Positions 62,997-64,000 of a stretch of DNA of 64,000 nucleotides are shown piece by piece; within the stretch, counting starts at the first letter, position 1, and each line of letters begins with the position of its first letter. The notes below the pieces were generated by a model. That model saw only the letters and a program-made list of their open reading frames with translations. It ran no database searches and had not been told where the DNA came from. The stretch comes from an uncultured Methanoregulaceae archaeon (GTDB lineage Archaea > Halobacteriota > Methanomicrobia > Methanomicrobiales > Methanospirillaceae), in contig OY970061.1 in NCBI GenBank assembly GCA_963705255.1, positions 2,368,001-2,432,000 of the forward strand, in the 5' to 3' direction. The translations under genes and the position numbers were made by a program.

Positions 62997-63419
62997 TCAG
63001 CCATCCCCATTCCCGCTCCCGAACACGTCCGGGAAATATTCCCGGATCCGGTGGCGTTCCCGCTCGTTTAGCCCGCGGAGCTTCCGGCCTGCCAGCCCTA
63101 TGATGAATGCCGCCGCATCGTACCGGTCCGCGAACGGGCTGATCATCGGCCGGCCCGAAGGCCCGGGCAGGTAGCAGAGATAGAAGGAGGATGCCCTCCC
63201 CGGTACCGGATGTGGGGCGAAGAACCCAGGGGGTTCTTCTTCTCCTCGAGGTCTGCTAACCTCTCGGACATAGAGAACTGTCTCCCGTACTGCCGTGATA
63301 CCGGTGACTGGTGAACTGTGCTGGATACGGAGGAGCGCCACGTCTGAACAGGGATTTGGTTCCCGAGGTTGTCCCTCCCTGTTCCGGCTGGCATCCGGCC
63401 GTTTCGTTTCCATCTTCAC
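62997..63419 (-). CDS. Hypothetical protein carrying an in-frame 54-bp element
   Basis: ORF stays open; reads ETVLYAHPVPG without the insert. Confidence 0.55.
   Translation of the reverse strand: MKMETKRPDASRNREGQPREPNPCSDVALLRIQHSSPVTGITAVRETVLYVREVSRPRGEEEPPGFFAPHPVPGRASSFYLCYLPGPSGRPMISPFADRYDAAAFIIGLAGRKLRGLNERERHRIREYFPDVFGSGNGDG
63215..63268 (-). mobile_element. Single double-hairpin miniature element (54 bp)
   Basis: tcc GA gaggtt agca gacctc GA gga gaa gaagaaccc cct gggttcttc gccc. Confidence 0.72.
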
Positions 63420-63521
63420 CAGGCACCAGTGCAGGTATTGGCGGGAGGTGGGGATAAATTTGTCGACTATAGTCTGCGATAAACATTACCCTCTTTTCAA
63501 CTGAATCTCATTTGAGTGAAA

Positions 63522-63786
63522 ATGCACGAGGAAGAAATTTTTGGCAGGATATTGCAGGAAGAGCGGAAAGCCAAAAAAATTTCCCAGGAGAAACTTGCAA
63601 AACTCGCCGGCCTCGACCGGACCTTCATCAGACCTCATCGAAAACGGAAAACGGAGCCCGACTTTTTCTACGATTCTGAAAATTTGTTCTGCTCTCGAAA
63701 TCGATCCTTCTGAACTCTTCTCGATTTACGAGAAGAAGGATCCTGAATATTCCGTGAAGAAAGGCGGGAAGCGGGAGAAATTTTGA
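63522..63786 (+). CDS. XRE-family HTH regulator (frameshift near 63630)
   Basis: SQEKLAKLAGLDRTFI / LIENGKRSPT..ICSALEI. Confidence 0.8.
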
Positions 63787-63804
63787 TGCTCACTAGGACT
63801 CCGC

Positions 63805-63835
63805 AGTCCAAGATTCTCTTATGAGAATCTTCTCC
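63805..63835 (-). mobile_element. Partial double-hairpin element (second hairpin only)
   Basis: gga gaagattctc ataa gagaatcttg gact; first hairpin degenerate. Confidence 0.45.
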
Positions 63836-64000
63836 ACTGCTTTCTGGCAATCCTAGCCGCGTGGGCTTGCCCCCGACGAAATTATCTCGTTCTCATCCTG
63901 AATTTATCTATCTCCGGGAAAAAATTATGTTTTTCCAAGAATGCCTTGACACCCCCAATTCCCTTTTCAAGATAAATTATTCCTATCAGCATCTCGAAAC

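Noticed and set aside
3132-63786. About a dozen frameshifted genes as pseudogenes or programmed frameshifts
   Set aside because: Single-base indels, often in short runs, hit unrelated and essential genes (mcrG, aksD); assembly error is more parsimonious. Needs a read check.
59728-63835. Repeats as a CRISPR array
   Set aside because: No identical direct repeats with unique spacers, units are nested, and no cas genes are present.

Overview
Chromosomal segment of a hydrogenotrophic methanogen, probably Methanomicrobiales (Methanoregulaceae-like; inferred from protein sequences and gene order). The core holds mcrBDCGA, a fwdG-fwdF-hdrCBA-mvhD operon, ftr and an 8-gene cluster around aksA/D/E/F. 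Flanks carry signalling genes (two His kinases, a Ser/Thr kinase with an HTH-FHA partner), atwA, copA, repair genes and surface proteins. The last ~5 kb is an accessory toxin-antitoxin island. About a dozen genes, including essential mcrG, have single-base frameshifts that look like assembly indels. The most notable signal is a family of ~50-60 bp double-hairpin miniature insertion elements (11 clear copies plus 1 partial, 59.7-63.9 kb). They insert without target duplication into coding genes, in tandem and nested inside one another. Also notable: a putative DUF134 regulon with a palindromic operator, and candidate genes for the unassigned late steps of coenzyme B synthesis. All family calls come from motif recognition by eye; no searches were run.
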